Virus record (IMG/VR): IMGVR_UViG_3300037714_000156
Location: 1 to 63,965 of that record
Length of the DNA stretch: 63,965 bases
Reading direction: 5' to 3' (one strand)
Source of the DNA: a virus
Lineage: Duplodnaviria > Caudoviricetes
The notes beneath the pieces were generated by a model. The model was not told the origin of the DNA, did no database searches, and saw nothing but the letters and a program-made list of their open reading frames with translations. How positions within the stretch are numbered: the first letter of the stretch is position 1; the number at the start of each line of letters is the position of its first letter. Of the stretch, positions 1-10,318 are shown piece after piece. The position numbers were made by a program, and so were the translations under genes.

Positions 1-127
1 ACGATGCAACCGATTGGAATAAAATAGCAAAGGCAGCCGTATAAAATAGTAACCGGCTAAAATCAATTTCAGGACTCCCGCTCTGCTATTGCGGAAGCGG
101 GAGTTTTAATAAAAGGACAAATACATT
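1..127. repeat. Terminal direct overlap, identical to 63839-63965 (circular assembly)
   Basis: The first 127 nt (acgatgcaac...aatacatt) match the last 127 nt exactly; 127 is a common assembler k-mer. Confidence 0.95.
72..107 (+). terminator. Rho-independent terminator after the capsid/decoration genes
   Basis: GACTCCCGCT-CTGC-tatt-GCGG-a-AGCGGGAGTT stem-loop followed by a short T run; second copy at ~63910-63945. Confidence 0.75.
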
Positions 128-595
128 ATGGCACTAATCATATCTTCAATAGATACCACATTAAAAATTCCGCCAATGTTTAGAGGTTTAACAGGAGCAA
201 AACCCCTGGAAATATCTTTCATAAAAGGAGAGCCGACAGAAGTTTCCAAAAAGATTGCGGAATATTACACAGCGAATTGGGCGAAGAAATTTAAGTATGC
301 TCATCAGCCGGAACCGGAACCATTCTACAAGCCCGGAGAAATAAATAATGAACTGCCATCAGTATTTGACCCGGAGGCATTCCTCCAGGAGAATTTCAAT
401 AACATATCACAAGCGGTATCTGAATTGAAGAAAAAAGAACTTAATGAGATATGTAAAGTATTGAGATTGAAAGATTATGTTACTCAGTCAGCAGAAAGGT
501 TAAGAGAGAGAATAACCAACGACATCGAAACAAAATTAAAGCAAGAGGAAGAACTAAATAAAAATAAACCAGCTCAGGGAGAGGGTGAAGAATGA
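128..595 (+). CDS. Hypothetical virion-associated protein, possible C-terminal HeH/Rho-N-like helical motif
   Basis: 155-aa ORF with AAAGGA RBS, placed between capsid and head-tail genes; LKKKELNEICKVLRL motif. Confidence 0.6.
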   Translation: MALIISSIDTTLKIPPMFRGLTGAKPLEISFIKGEPTEVSKKIAEYYTANWAKKFKYAHQPEPEPFYKPGEINNELPSVFDPEAFLQENFNNISQAVSELKKKELNEICKVLRLKDYVTQSAERLRERITNDIETKLKQEEELNKNKPAQGEGEE

Positions 596-1149
596 GCCGT
601 GTATCGGACATAGTAATAAAATCTGAATTACAAGAAATATGGGGACCCATTATCGGGTATGAGGGAATTTATGAAATCTCAAATTTTGGGAGAGCAAAAT
701 CTCTTGAAAGGATAGTCAAACTTAGAGATAGTAATAGAACCGTCAGGGAAAGAATCTTAAACCCAAACAAAAATCATAGAACTAATTATTACCATATAAA
801 ATTGTTTTCTAATTGCGAAGGAAAGACTTTCCAAATTCATACTCTCGTTTGGGATCATTTCGGGGATAGGAAAAGAGATGGATTAAAATTACAAGTTGAC
901 CATATAGATGGCAATAAATTAAATAATCGAATTGATAATCTTCAAATTTTGACAAGCCGTGAGAATCTAAGCAAGGGGCACGTTCAAAGAGGGAGAAAAT
1001 TGCCAACGGGAGTTGATTATCATAAAAAATCACAAAAATATCGGGCACAAATTCGACTTAATGGGGAAGGTATTCATCTCGGAATTTTCAATACAAAAGA
1101 GAGTGCTCATCAGGCATATATAAAAGCAATAGGGGGGCAAAATGAGTAG
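592..1149 (+). CDS. NUMOD4-HNH-AP2 homing endonuclease
   Basis: EIWGPIIGYEGIYEISNFGR (NUMOD4), VDHIDGNKLNNRIDNL (HNH), KYRAQIRLNGEGIHLGIF (AP2). Confidence 0.92.
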   Translation: MSRVSDIVIKSELQEIWGPIIGYEGIYEISNFGRAKSLERIVKLRDSNRTVRERILNPNKNHRTNYYHIKLFSNCEGKTFQIHTLVWDHFGDRKRDGLKLQVDHIDGNKLNNRIDNLQILTSRENLSKGHVQRGRKLPTGVDYHKKSQKYRAQIRLNGEGIHLGIFNTKESAHQAYIKAIGGQNE

Positions 1150-1807
1150 AAGCACTGATATTTTAAGTCGAGTATTCAGGAATCTCAAACGGCACGAAAT
1201 CAATATTGACGATATTCTTGATGAGGAAATTTGGGACGTGCTTGTCCTGGCACAAGATAGAATTATTTCCGAAGTCTTCACAGACAAAATAATTGAGATA
1301 ACGCTTGTAGAAGATCAGGACACGTATGATCTGACAACAAATCTTGAAACAGAAGTTGAAGAAGAAGTTGTTATTCCAAGAGCGAATATTGCTTCGATAA
1401 AAGTAGTTGAGATACCAACCGGATGGAAGCCTTTCAATGTTATTCCGAATTACGATTTTGTGAATACAGTAAATGAAACGATCAGGGAAGGACAGCCCTG
1501 CATCGGGACGGTGATTGGAGGGAAACTTAAAATATATCCGGTCCCGACAGAAGATTATGAAGATGAGGTAATTAAATTATATACCTATTTAAGTTCATCA
1601 GCAGGATTAATCAACGCAACTGCGGAACCCGAGATCCCGAATATGTTTGATGAAGCATTAGAGCAATTTGCGACATCAAGATTCCTCTCAGGCGATGAGA
1701 GAAAGGAATGGGACGGCTATTTTGAGAAAGAAGTATTCAGACTAAGACCCATCCCAAACAGGAAACATCACAACATTACAAGACCATCAATAATGCCGGG
1801 ATGGTAA
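1142..1807 (+). CDS. Head-tail adaptor / tail tubular protein A-like
   Basis: Size and position; KLKIYPVP and PEIPNMFDEAL motifs typical of podophage adaptor proteins. Confidence 0.65.
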   Translation: MSRSTDILSRVFRNLKRHEINIDDILDEEIWDVLVLAQDRIISEVFTDKIIEITLVEDQDTYDLTTNLETEVEEEVVIPRANIASIKVVEIPTGWKPFNVIPNYDFVNTVNETIREGQPCIGTVIGGKLKIYPVPTEDYEDEVIKLYTYLSSSAGLINATAEPEIPNMFDEALEQFATSRFLSGDERKEWDGYFEKEVFRLRPIPNRKHHNITRPSIMPGW

Positions 1808-2458
1808 ATGCCAACGCCAAAGTTTGATAATATCGCAATCGAGTTTTTGAAATTAGTCCCGGATGAATTTGAGACCGCTTTCACTCCTGGTATGGCAATG
1901 CCAAATGGTTTTGTTCTAACTAAGGACCAGGTAGTAAATTATGTCAACAGAGCTTTACACAAATTATTCAATGATAGTTGGTTAGAAACAGCAAAGGCAG
2001 GTACACCAAAAAAACAGAAAGAATTATTCATCGGTATATTCCCGGAATTGCTTCGCTTATCAAATACAATAACCCTTCCGTATGTAATAACAACAAGCGA
2101 ATTATACAGAGACATTTTCAAACTATTCGGGGCAAACAGGAACGCAGATAATCTTTACATCCGAATATGGGAAGAAAGCAGACTAACTCACGCAATAGCA
2201 GGAAAATATCTGCAATTCAAAGCGACGGCAACGAACCCGGCGATAATACAAACAAACCAGATCATTCATATTTTCCCTACAACTCTTACTGACAAGGTAG
2301 TAAAAATTCAATACATAAGATTTCCTGTTGACCCGACAAACGGAAATTTCCTAACGCAAAACGGTGATTCAGATTCGCCATATTTTGATTATTGGAACAC
2401 CAGGATTGCACAGATAGCGTTTGAAATTTATCTGGCTGAATCACAGCAAACAGCATAA
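1808..2458 (+). CDS. Second adaptor/ring-like structural protein
   Basis: 216 aa, coupled to the previous gene; IHIFPT...KIQYIRFP pattern resembles adaptor proteins. Confidence 0.5.
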   Translation: MPTPKFDNIAIEFLKLVPDEFETAFTPGMAMPNGFVLTKDQVVNYVNRALHKLFNDSWLETAKAGTPKKQKELFIGIFPELLRLSNTITLPYVITTSELYRDIFKLFGANRNADNLYIRIWEESRLTHAIAGKYLQFKATATNPAIIQTNQIIHIFPTTLTDKVVKIQYIRFPVDPTNGNFLTQNGDSDSPYFDYWNTRIAQIAFEIYLAESQQTA

Positions 2459-2464
2459 AGGATA

Positions 2465-3307
2465 TTGATGCCAAGATCATCAGGACAATGGAAAGAATTT
2501 GATTTCGTTGATGTTCTTGGGATGAACACCAACACTCTCAACCCGCCGAGAAATACTGCGAGAAGAATACTTAATGTTCACTCACATCAAGAACCTGGCA
2601 AACTTAAAGTAAGACCCGGATATACTTTGAAATATCCAGCTCCTACGGAAAGCACAATAATCGAATTCGAGTTTATGAACTTTGATATGTTCTTCGACAG
2701 GCAGGCATCAGACGTAGAAGAAGAAATCACCTGCGAAATTCAAAAAGGTAAGGTAGTTGCGTTAGCCGATTCAGGATTGCCAGACACAGACACACTAATC
2801 GGATATTGGTTTTGGTGCAGACCGCATTGGGACTTAAATCATTGGGAAGACGGATGGGAGTGGGTAAATAAAACAATCATCACGAAGATAACGACAGGCA
2901 GGGACGACATATTTAAGAGTATGATAAAAATATACGGCGGAGATGCACACGGGTTAGGGGATGATTCTTTAAGAAAATATACCATCTGGAATAAAACAAA
3001 AAATCAGTTTGCAAAAATAATTACCTGCAAGGCTGAAGATGCAACAACGCTCAGATTAAATATTACTTTATTTGATAACGAATGGGAAACAAATGATGTT
3101 GTAGTAATATCAAAATATTGGATTGATCTTGACCATCAGACAACATTACACAACACAGTAAATAAAGAAGATATTGTTTTCCATAACATACTGAATGATA
3201 TAAGAATCGGGTTTGGAGGTAAACCGCTAAGGTTAGGAATAGCGATAGGGCAGAGACAAACAAGTTATCAGATCGGGAAGGAAGAAACAGGAGGAGGATC
3301 ATCATGA
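2465..3307 (+). CDS. Tail nozzle/stabilisation protein, N-terminal part
   Basis: FDFVDVLGMNT...NV...PGKLKVRPGY resembles the start of P22 gp10/T7 gp12-like nozzle proteins. Confidence 0.6.
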   Translation: MMPRSSGQWKEFDFVDVLGMNTNTLNPPRNTARRILNVHSHQEPGKLKVRPGYTLKYPAPTESTIIEFEFMNFDMFFDRQASDVEEEITCEIQKGKVVALADSGLPDTDTLIGYWFWCRPHWDLNHWEDGWEWVNKTIITKITTGRDDIFKSMIKIYGGDAHGLGDDSLRKYTIWNKTKNQFAKIITCKAEDATTLRLNITLFDNEWETNDVVVISKYWIDLDHQTTLHNTVNKEDIVFHNILNDIRIGFGGKPLRLGIAIGQRQTSYQIGKEETGGGSS

Positions 3308-5463
3308 TAGATTTTCCCGCACTTCACCCGGATTTACTTGACGAAGACGTAATAAAAAATTTTGCAGAAACAAATGAAATTGTTCTGGACACACATATCC
3401 TGACAGCCGAAAAAGATATTTACGGAATAGATTTATACACCGAACCAGGGGGGACGTTAGAAACCAATATTTATTATTTCAGATTAACCGGGGTTGCCGA
3501 TGGTTACACCGAACAACTTCTTGCGGAAAACTCGATCATCACCGGAGGCACGGAAAAGATTTCGATATTCCCGTATATAAGATTAGGCAGAGAAAACCCA
3601 CGCATAACACATCTTAAATTATATTTCTCTACTGACGATATTACTTATTATAAGACAAAGGAATATCTCGTAAAGAAAACCAATTTCGATATAGCAAGTT
3701 GGAAAATTGATATCTTCGGCAGGTTAATCTTAACAGCAGGGACGGAATTTTATATAGAAGGAAGTGCAGTCAGCACAATCAATGAGCAAAACTCCTTTGG
3801 CTCATGGACAGAACACAATATGGACGGCACATTTGAAATAGATGAAACAGAGGCAGCGTTGGGAGGAGGTTACTCATTCAAGGTGACAGTAGAACCGTAT
3901 GGAGAAGTACCGCCGGATAGTTTAAGAAGAGGAATAAAAGTCCCGATTGATGATTTGAAACTAAACACAACCTATACGGTGCAATGTTACCTGAAGATGC
4001 AACTCCTTGATATCTTTGAGGATTTTGAAGACACAGACTACAATTTGAATACTCTCTGGGGACCAAGAGTAAACACAGGGACACCGATTGGCAGTTGGCA
4101 CAGCTTTGCAGAAGCACATCAAAACCCCTACCCGACAGTCTTCCCTTTCGGTGCGTATGCAAAAATTATTGCCGATAAACCGAAGAAATTAGAATTTTAT
4201 CTAAACGGCGGTCCCGTTACGGTAAGGAAAAGATTTGGTAATGAAAACATCAACAATATGCCAGCGTTACCTGCAACGATTGTAGCTGATGCTTATGGAA
4301 GCAAAGTCACTTGCGAAATAAATGATAGTAGATTGGGAGTCGAAATATATATCATCCACGAACCAGATCATTTTATAGTTGATGAAGGAATGGAAGTTGG
4401 GGTTTGGTTAGACTCATACATGGATAATGTCACTCTAACCATATTATCTCCGAACAGATCCTTCTATGCTTTCATTACAGGAGAGTCATTATCAACCGAA
4501 GGAATATTCCAGGAAGAAATCGGCAATCTTTCAAGCGAGTTTGAGCAACATACTTTTGATGTGACTACCGGGAGTAATGAGACCCCGCTTTATTTTATTT
4601 TTGCTCATCGTCCAACTGAAGACGACCAAACGGTATTCTGGTTAGATGAATTTTCATTTAAGGAAAAAGAGTTAGTTTATTTTGACACGGAAGACTTAGG
4701 CAGTCCAGGTACGGAGATGTTGGCGGAGATGGGCTATAACCCAACCTATAATATGGTAAAAGGATGGGATCAGGCGATGGCTCTCAGAGGCAGAATTTAT
4801 TACCTGAATCCATTGGTTGAAAAAAGATATGAAAACTTTATGCTTGTCTCTCATATACATAGTAGCGGTGCGTATATGTGGGATATAGCAACATTCGGAA
4901 ACTTCCGGGAACTAGAAAGATTTGATTCAAGTCACGCAATAGGAATGGAATTACTATCAACTACCGAAATAATAATTCTTAAAGATAAATCAGTTGAGAT
5001 TCTTAATGACGATGGAACAGTCGGGATATTGAGAGAACCAATATTAGGAGTGACTTGCGTAGCAAGAGAATCAATAGCTAATATTCTTGGGACAATCTTC
5101 TGGTGCGGATTTGAGGAGATATATTCGTTTAATACTTCAAAAGGAGTAACCCCTCTATTGAAAAACACAATAAGGAATGTTTACATAGCACTCCCTGACA
5201 AACATTTAATAAGAGGAATCCGGGACAGATGGCACACGTACAGGATTAGGGTATATGACCCGGTGAATAAAACAGAGTTTTTATTAACAGAAAACGGATG
5301 GATAGAAGAAGCAAGATTCCATTTCCCGGTGATCTATCGAGAAGATATCAATGCGAAAATAAATTTTATGGGTACTGACGGGAATATTTACGGGACACTC
5401 TATGAACTTGAAAATCTCGGATATGGAAAATTATACGCAACAAGATTCGGACAAAGACTATGA
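3304..5463 (+). CDS. Tail nozzle/stabilisation protein, central beta-propeller part with an inserted carbohydrate-binding-like region
   Basis: Beta-rich 719 aa; GVTCVARESI, IFWCGFEEIYSF and MGTDGNIY blade-like motifs; AGGAGGAGG RBS. Confidence 0.6.
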   Translation: MIDFPALHPDLLDEDVIKNFAETNEIVLDTHILTAEKDIYGIDLYTEPGGTLETNIYYFRLTGVADGYTEQLLAENSIITGGTEKISIFPYIRLGRENPRITHLKLYFSTDDITYYKTKEYLVKKTNFDIASWKIDIFGRLILTAGTEFYIEGSAVSTINEQNSFGSWTEHNMDGTFEIDETEAALGGGYSFKVTVEPYGEVPPDSLRRGIKVPIDDLKLNTTYTVQCYLKMQLLDIFEDFEDTDYNLNTLWGPRVNTGTPIGSWHSFAEAHQNPYPTVFPFGAYAKIIADKPKKLEFYLNGGPVTVRKRFGNENINNMPALPATIVADAYGSKVTCEINDSRLGVEIYIIHEPDHFIVDEGMEVGVWLDSYMDNVTLTILSPNRSFYAFITGESLSTEGIFQEEIGNLSSEFEQHTFDVTTGSNETPLYFIFAHRPTEDDQTVFWLDEFSFKEKELVYFDTEDLGSPGTEMLAEMGYNPTYNMVKGWDQAMALRGRIYYLNPLVEKRYENFMLVSHIHSSGAYMWDIATFGNFRELERFDSSHAIGMELLSTTEIIILKDKSVEILNDDGTVGILREPILGVTCVARESIANILGTIFWCGFEEIYSFNTSKGVTPLLKNTIRNVYIALPDKHLIRGIRDRWHTYRIRVYDPVNKTEFLLTENGWIEEARFHFPVIYREDINAKINFMGTDGNIYGTLYELENLGYGKLYATRFGQRL

Positions 5464-5861
5464 TAAATTGGCTTAAAAAGAAATGGACAGAAGAAAAGTG
5501 GGTAATAATATTTCTTATCATTCTATCAATGCTTCGTGCATTACACGAAATAAGTAAATTCAGAATTGAATGGAGCTGGATTCCTTCCTGGGGTTATCCC
5601 TTCGGAATAGAGTCACCGCCATTCGACAGTTATCACGTTTACGGCGGATTATTTGTCCTAATATTTATTGCCGGGTTCAGGGTGAGTTTAAGAGATGAAA
5701 TAATAAACAGGTGGTATGAAATAATCCCGATTGTATTAATTCAATTCGGTATTTATTTCTATTCCTTTAATTGGTTTTATCACGTTATATTTATGAAGCC
5801 AACATTTATGCAATTTGAATATGTTGTGCCCTTTCTCAAATTTATAATGGAGATAATTTAA
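5460..5861 (+). CDS. Multi-pass membrane protein
   Basis: 3-4 hydrophobic segments; start overlaps the upstream stop. Confidence 0.65.
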   Translation: MINWLKKKWTEEKWVIIFLIILSMLRALHEISKFRIEWSWIPSWGYPFGIESPPFDSYHVYGGLFVLIFIAGFRVSLRDEIINRWYEIIPIVLIQFGIYFYSFNWFYHVIFMKPTFMQFEYVVPFLKFIMEII

Positions 5862-6130
5862 TGAACGATACTGAAACAATATTAAAAAAAATAGGTACAC
5901 TTGAAGACAGAATGAAGGTCGAAGTAACAAACGGGAAAATAAAAAAGAAGTGGATTAATGAAGTAGTAGAAGAAATCTGGCATGACATAGAACTTATCAG
6001 GGATCTTAATAAGGCTCACAGGATTACCAAAAAATACAAGCTCTATTGGGTACTAATTGCCATAATCTTATATATGACAGGAACGGGATTAAAAGAAATG
6101 GTAACATCGTTAATTAAATCGTTCAATTAA
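5861..6130 (+). CDS. Small protein with C-terminal membrane anchor (holin-like?)
   Basis: Helical N-terminus plus YWVLIAIILYMTG; GGAG RBS. Confidence 0.6.
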   Translation: MNDTETILKKIGTLEDRMKVEVTNGKIKKKWINEVVEEIWHDIELIRDLNKAHRITKKYKLYWVLIAIILYMTGTGLKEMVTSLIKSFN

Positions 6131-6145
6131 AAGAGAGAAGGGAAA

Positions 6146-6601
6146 ATGAAAAAGTATATTTTATTATTCGCTATAATAGCCGGGTTTTCTTATGCTCAGG
6201 ATGCTCCATCAGGTTACACGGAACATTACGGGCTAAGAAAGTATGCGGAGAATGCAAATCCAAGTGCCGACTCGCTTAATCAAAATTGGACTGATGTTGA
6301 TGAAACCCTTTATGATTTAATCGTATCAACGGACGAAGATCAGTTGGCGATCTTAGATGATGTGCTTACGTTCTCTGATAGTTTATCCGGGATAGGCACA
6401 TTCACGACAACGGCAACTACCTGCACGGTGACAGTATCAGATATGAGCGATGATGATGTAGTAATGCTAACCCCAATCGGTACAGCTTATGATGCAGACG
6501 ATATGCTGAAGGTAAGTGTAGGGAACGGGTCATTTATCGTAACAAGGAACAGTAGCGGGACATCAGGTTTAGAATTTTTTTATCTATGGATTAAAAAATA
6601 A
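6146..6601 (+). CDS. Signal-peptide protein resembling a small tail fibre/spike
   Basis: MKKYILLFAIIAGFSYA|Q, then YTEHYGLRKY...LNQNWTDVD, similar to tail-fibre N-termini. Confidence 0.6.
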   Translation: MKKYILLFAIIAGFSYAQDAPSGYTEHYGLRKYAENANPSADSLNQNWTDVDETLYDLIVSTDEDQLAILDDVLTFSDSLSGIGTFTTTATTCTVTVSDMSDDDVVMLTPIGTAYDADDMLKVSVGNGSFIVTRNSSGTSGLEFFYLWIKK

Positions 6602-6604
6602 TTT

Positions 6605-6811
6605 GTGATATACCTAATAAAAAAAATAGAGTACATCATAGGAATGGGGATTCTTGCTGTTTTATGTTTCACTATGTATGGAGTTATTTTTGTGATAGCA
6701 ATATTTTATAACATCGGAGTACACATAAAAAAGAATTGCTGTAAGATAATGCTCGCAGCAGTTGTCTTATTCGTTATTGCTTCTCTTAATCTTATGGGAG
6801 TATTGTTTTGA
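6605..6811 (+). CDS. Small membrane protein
   Basis: Two hydrophobic segments; GTG start. Confidence 0.5.
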   Translation: MIYLIKKIEYIIGMGILAVLCFTMYGVIFVIAIFYNIGVHIKKNCCKIMLAAVVLFVIASLNLMGVLF

Positions 6812-7074
6812 GTGCGGAGAAGATGGACAGTTGGATGTCAAGAAATTATAAATGGTTCATAACTCTTTGGACGATTATAATCGGTGTCGGAGCTTTTTTC
6901 CTCGGCATACACACAGAACAAAGGGCACTCAGTTTTGAAGTTCATTTTCTTAAAGAGAAAGTAACCATAGTAGATAAAAGATTTGAAGAAATAATTAATA
7001 ACAGGATATGGAATATTGAACAATGGATAGGCAGGGTGAATTTCCCCGGAGAAATATATCAACCAGAGGAATAA
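6808..7074 (+). CDS. Small membrane protein with one TM segment and a coiled coil
   Basis: WFITLWTIIIGVGAFFLG; GGGAG RBS before a TTG start. Confidence 0.55.
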   Translation: MSAEKMDSWMSRNYKWFITLWTIIIGVGAFFLGIHTEQRALSFEVHFLKEKVTIVDKRFEEIINNRIWNIEQWIGRVNFPGEIYQPEE

Positions 7075-7078
7075 TTAT

Positions 7079-9523
7079 ATGGAAAACTTTCTTAAAGAAT
7101 TTTACAAATGGTTAATTGTTATAGCACTTGCTTTTTTGTTCAGCAAAATAGTAAGCGGACAGAATATATCGGGGTCTGGTACGCTTGCGAATCCTTATAT
7201 ACTTTATAATGCTGCTGATGTTGACAGTATACATACATTAGGTGTGAATAACCGTTATCGGTTGGGGGATGATATTGATATGACAGGTATCAGTTGGATC
7301 CCATTAACAGTTACATCAGCCGATTCCTTCGGACTCGATGGTGATGGATATACCCTGAGTGATTTAACAATACTATGGAATCATACATATAAAAATTCAG
7401 GATTTATTGGGGATTTCGCTTCTGGAGGAGGATCTACTTCAATAGACACAGTTTTCCAGCGAATAACTTTTTATAATACTATTGTACATTTTGATAGTAC
7501 AACGGCGACAGCAGACCTGGGAATTATTTTGAATGGTGGTGTGCTAATTGGGTCTGCGACGGTTTCTACAAGTGCTGACTATGATCTTATCTATAACGTA
7601 CTGATTAAAAAATCAAGAGTGTGGTGTAGGAACGGTTATGGTGCAGGTGCAGATGTTAATGCGGGTGGTGTTATAGGAAGATTAAACAGAACTTCTTTTG
7701 GTGGAGAGTTTGATCTCCTTGAAGTTGGTGTTGACAGTAATACCGTTTTTGCCTGGACTACAAATGCACAATCCGATGCACCTGCGGTTGGTGGTTTGAC
7801 CGGGAGAACAAATTGGAATAACAATTCAATATTTCAGGAATGCTTTGTAAAAAATTCTTATTTACAATGTAATTACTCCGGTGCTGAATTTGCTGAGGAT
7901 GGTAATCTTGGCGGATTAGTTGGGACATGCGAAAACGCAAGTTTTACAATAAGTAATTGTTATGTTTTTAATAACACTCTCAGGCATCAGGGAAGGGGTG
8001 GTGGTATATCAGATCCACCACGAGGCGGTGGAATACAGGGTGGGGCTGGTACGATAAATACGCCTGTTAGCAATTCTTATGTTGCAGCGAACACTTATCT
8101 AAGAGACCTTACCGCAATTGAGAATTCTGATTTTTTGGGTTGGTGGTGGGGAGCATTAACAGTTACAATTGACCACTCGACAAATTATCTGGACACAACA
8201 GGAATATTTGTTCCGGTGTGGTTTGGTGTTTATGGACAGGGATCAAATATAAGCTTGGGGGATAGTGTTAATCTCCGGTCAACAGCACTAATGAAAACGG
8301 AAGGGAATTATGTTGATTGGGACTTCGATGATGTTTGGGGGATGATTGAAGATTTTAATGAGGGCTATCCGCATTTACTTTGGGAAAGCCCATATAGTTT
8401 AGAACTCACTTTGCCCGTGGCAGGTTTTTACCTTATTAATACTACAACAGATGTAAAATGGACAAGCTCAGACTTTCAAGATACCTTTATTGTATTTATA
8501 AGTTATGACAATGGAGATTTTTACAATATTGTTGACAGCGTATTTGCTGATTCTGTTTTGGCAATATCCCTTGATACAGTAACCACACAAGCCATTGTAA
8601 AAGTAAAATCTATAAATTACGATGTAGAAGTATTCAGCCAGGTATTTACAATCCTTTCGGACATAAGTATTATGATTACGGATGTTAGTCTGGCGGGGCA
8701 CATAGCCACAGTAGAAGTATTGTCGGTTGGGATAGAAGCCTGGAGAATATTTCAGGATGCGGACACAACGGGAGAATGGGAATATTTGTTAGGAATTAAA
8801 ACCGGGATAGACCCGGACGAATTAACATTCGATACTCTTATAGTTGAATTAGTGGGGATGGAAAACCCGTATATCAAAGCAGAGGAATTCAGAGACACAA
8901 CAGTATATGGATTTAGCGTAGAATTTTTAGATGATGATGGGCTCATTCTTAGTCCGAACCAAATCTGTTATAATCACGATCAATATTTATATGGTTCACG
9001 TTGGATAAGAGACGTGGCTTGCGGATGGGCGACAGTTCCTTTTGAATACGGGACAAGCACGATAGACAGCATTACGCATACGAATCTTCTTTCGATAAGT
9101 TATGAAACAGTATTATCGCCCCCGGCTCCGGTTCCATTCTCACTCCCGGCAAACGAGACAAATTATTCCCCGGATAGTGTAACGGTAGGCGGGAGAAGAT
9201 ACATAGTATCGGGAGAGACTTTGTATATGAGAGATTTGATTAACAATGTAATTTATCCGGTCCATAATCTATCGCCGTATTTTATTGCGGGTCTGTCCGG
9301 GATGCAGAATATGACGGGCATAGCAGAATTTGATGGTAAACTTATTATAGCTTCTCATTGGAAAGCATGGTTATTCACAGCATTTGAAGAACCAAATTTG
9401 GGGGGGGCTTTTATCTACGATATTTATCAAATAGTTGGAGATGTTATAGTCGTAAGAAATTATTTCAGAGGAATACACCCGAAAGCAACAAAAAACTTAA
9501 AGCACGAATGGGATAAAAACTAA
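7079..9523 (+). CDS. Large signal-peptide beta-helix (GLUG-like) protein, candidate receptor-binding protein or adhesin
   Basis: Signal peptide ending IVSG|Q; GSGTLANPYIL start; repeated GGVIG/GGLTG/GGLVG motifs; WDFDDVW...GYPHL. Confidence 0.7.
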   Translation: MENFLKEFYKWLIVIALAFLFSKIVSGQNISGSGTLANPYILYNAADVDSIHTLGVNNRYRLGDDIDMTGISWIPLTVTSADSFGLDGDGYTLSDLTILWNHTYKNSGFIGDFASGGGSTSIDTVFQRITFYNTIVHFDSTTATADLGIILNGGVLIGSATVSTSADYDLIYNVLIKKSRVWCRNGYGAGADVNAGGVIGRLNRTSFGGEFDLLEVGVDSNTVFAWTTNAQSDAPAVGGLTGRTNWNNNSIFQECFVKNSYLQCNYSGAEFAEDGNLGGLVGTCENASFTISNCYVFNNTLRHQGRGGGISDPPRGGGIQGGAGTINTPVSNSYVAANTYLRDLTAIENSDFLGWWWGALTVTIDHSTNYLDTTGIFVPVWFGVYGQGSNISLGDSVNLRSTALMKTEGNYVDWDFDDVWGMIEDFNEGYPHLLWESPYSLELTLPVAGFYLINTTTDVKWTSSDFQDTFIVFISYDNGDFYNIVDSVFADSVLAISLDTVTTQAIVKVKSINYDVEVFSQVFTILSDISIMITDVSLAGHIATVEVLSVGIEAWRIFQDADTTGEWEYLLGIKTGIDPDELTFDTLIVELVGMENPYIKAEEFRDTTVYGFSVEFLDDDGLILSPNQICYNHDQYLYGSRWIRDVACGWATVPFEYGTSTIDSITHTNLLSISYETVLSPPAPVPFSLPANETNYSPDSVTVGGRRYIVSGETLYMRDLINNVIYPVHNLSPYFIAGLSGMQNMTGIAEFDGKLIIASHWKAWLFTAFEEPNLGGAFIYDIYQIVGDVIVVRNYFRGIHPKATKNLKHEWDKN

Positions 9524-9891
9524 TGGCAGATGATTATGGTAATAAAATCCCCGTACAAATAATATCAGCCCCGGTTCTCCTGGATGAAGAAGCTGGCAGT
9601 AGTGCGAGATATGTGCTTGGTTATTTAACAAGTGTTTATGAAACAGACGAAGATATAACGGTTTTATTATTTGTAAGAAGAAACGATGGGATGGTATATG
9701 AGCAAGTTGATTCATTTCTTCTGAGTAAAACCAAAAAAAGGTTTAAGCGAAAAATAAAACTTGTAGGTAGTATAATAGATTTTTATATTAAATTAGATAC
9801 AGAGGTTAAGGAATATGTTATTACGAGTCTGAAAGTATCAGGCAAAGCATTAACGACAGGCAAATTTGAATTAACTAAAGCAAATGCGTAA
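9523..9891 (+). CDS. Probable detached C-terminal domain of the tail nozzle protein
   Basis: Begins ADDYGNKIPVQIISAP, beta-rich, RFKRKIKLVG; resembles the final beta-sandwich of gp10-like nozzles. Confidence 0.5.
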   Translation: MADDYGNKIPVQIISAPVLLDEEAGSSARYVLGYLTSVYETDEDITVLLFVRRNDGMVYEQVDSFLLSKTKKRFKRKIKLVGSIIDFYIKLDTEVKEYVITSLKVSGKALTTGKFELTKANA

Positions 9892-10318
9892 ACAACAAAA
9901 AACAATAATAAGGAGAGTGATCATGATAAAGTTATGGATATTAGCAAGCATATTATTTATAACAACAATAGTATATTGTCAGCCGAATGACGTTGATATT
10001 AATGTTAATTGGCAGCAGAATGCGGAAGCTCAGGGATATAAAATAATCGTATGGGACGGGACAGATACTTTGCTGACACAGCTTGCCGAAGACAAAAGTT
10101 TCTTTGATTTGAACCTTCAGGAAGTTACTGTTTATGATGTCCCTGCGAATCAATCATCTCTTTCGTTTGAATCGGAGATTAATGGAGAGTATGTCCAGGT
10201 AGCGGGTATAGTAGTCGGCGAATTTGGAATACTTAGTTTAATGACAGTCACAGATATACAAAGGAAACCGGATGTTCCTGATAAAATGCAGTTGCTTCAG
10301 TTTAATATTACTCTGTAA
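9884..10318 (+). CDS. Signal-peptide FN3/Ig-like protein (likely start 9923)
   Basis: AGGAG RBS before MIKLWILASILFITTIVYC|Q; VNWQQNAEAQGYKI is FN3-like. Confidence 0.6.
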   Translation: MRKQQKTIIRRVIMIKLWILASILFITTIVYCQPNDVDINVNWQQNAEAQGYKIIVWDGTDTLLTQLAEDKSFFDLNLQEVTVYDVPANQSSLSFESEINGEYVQVAGIVVGEFGILSLMTVTDIQRKPDVPDKMQLLQFNITL

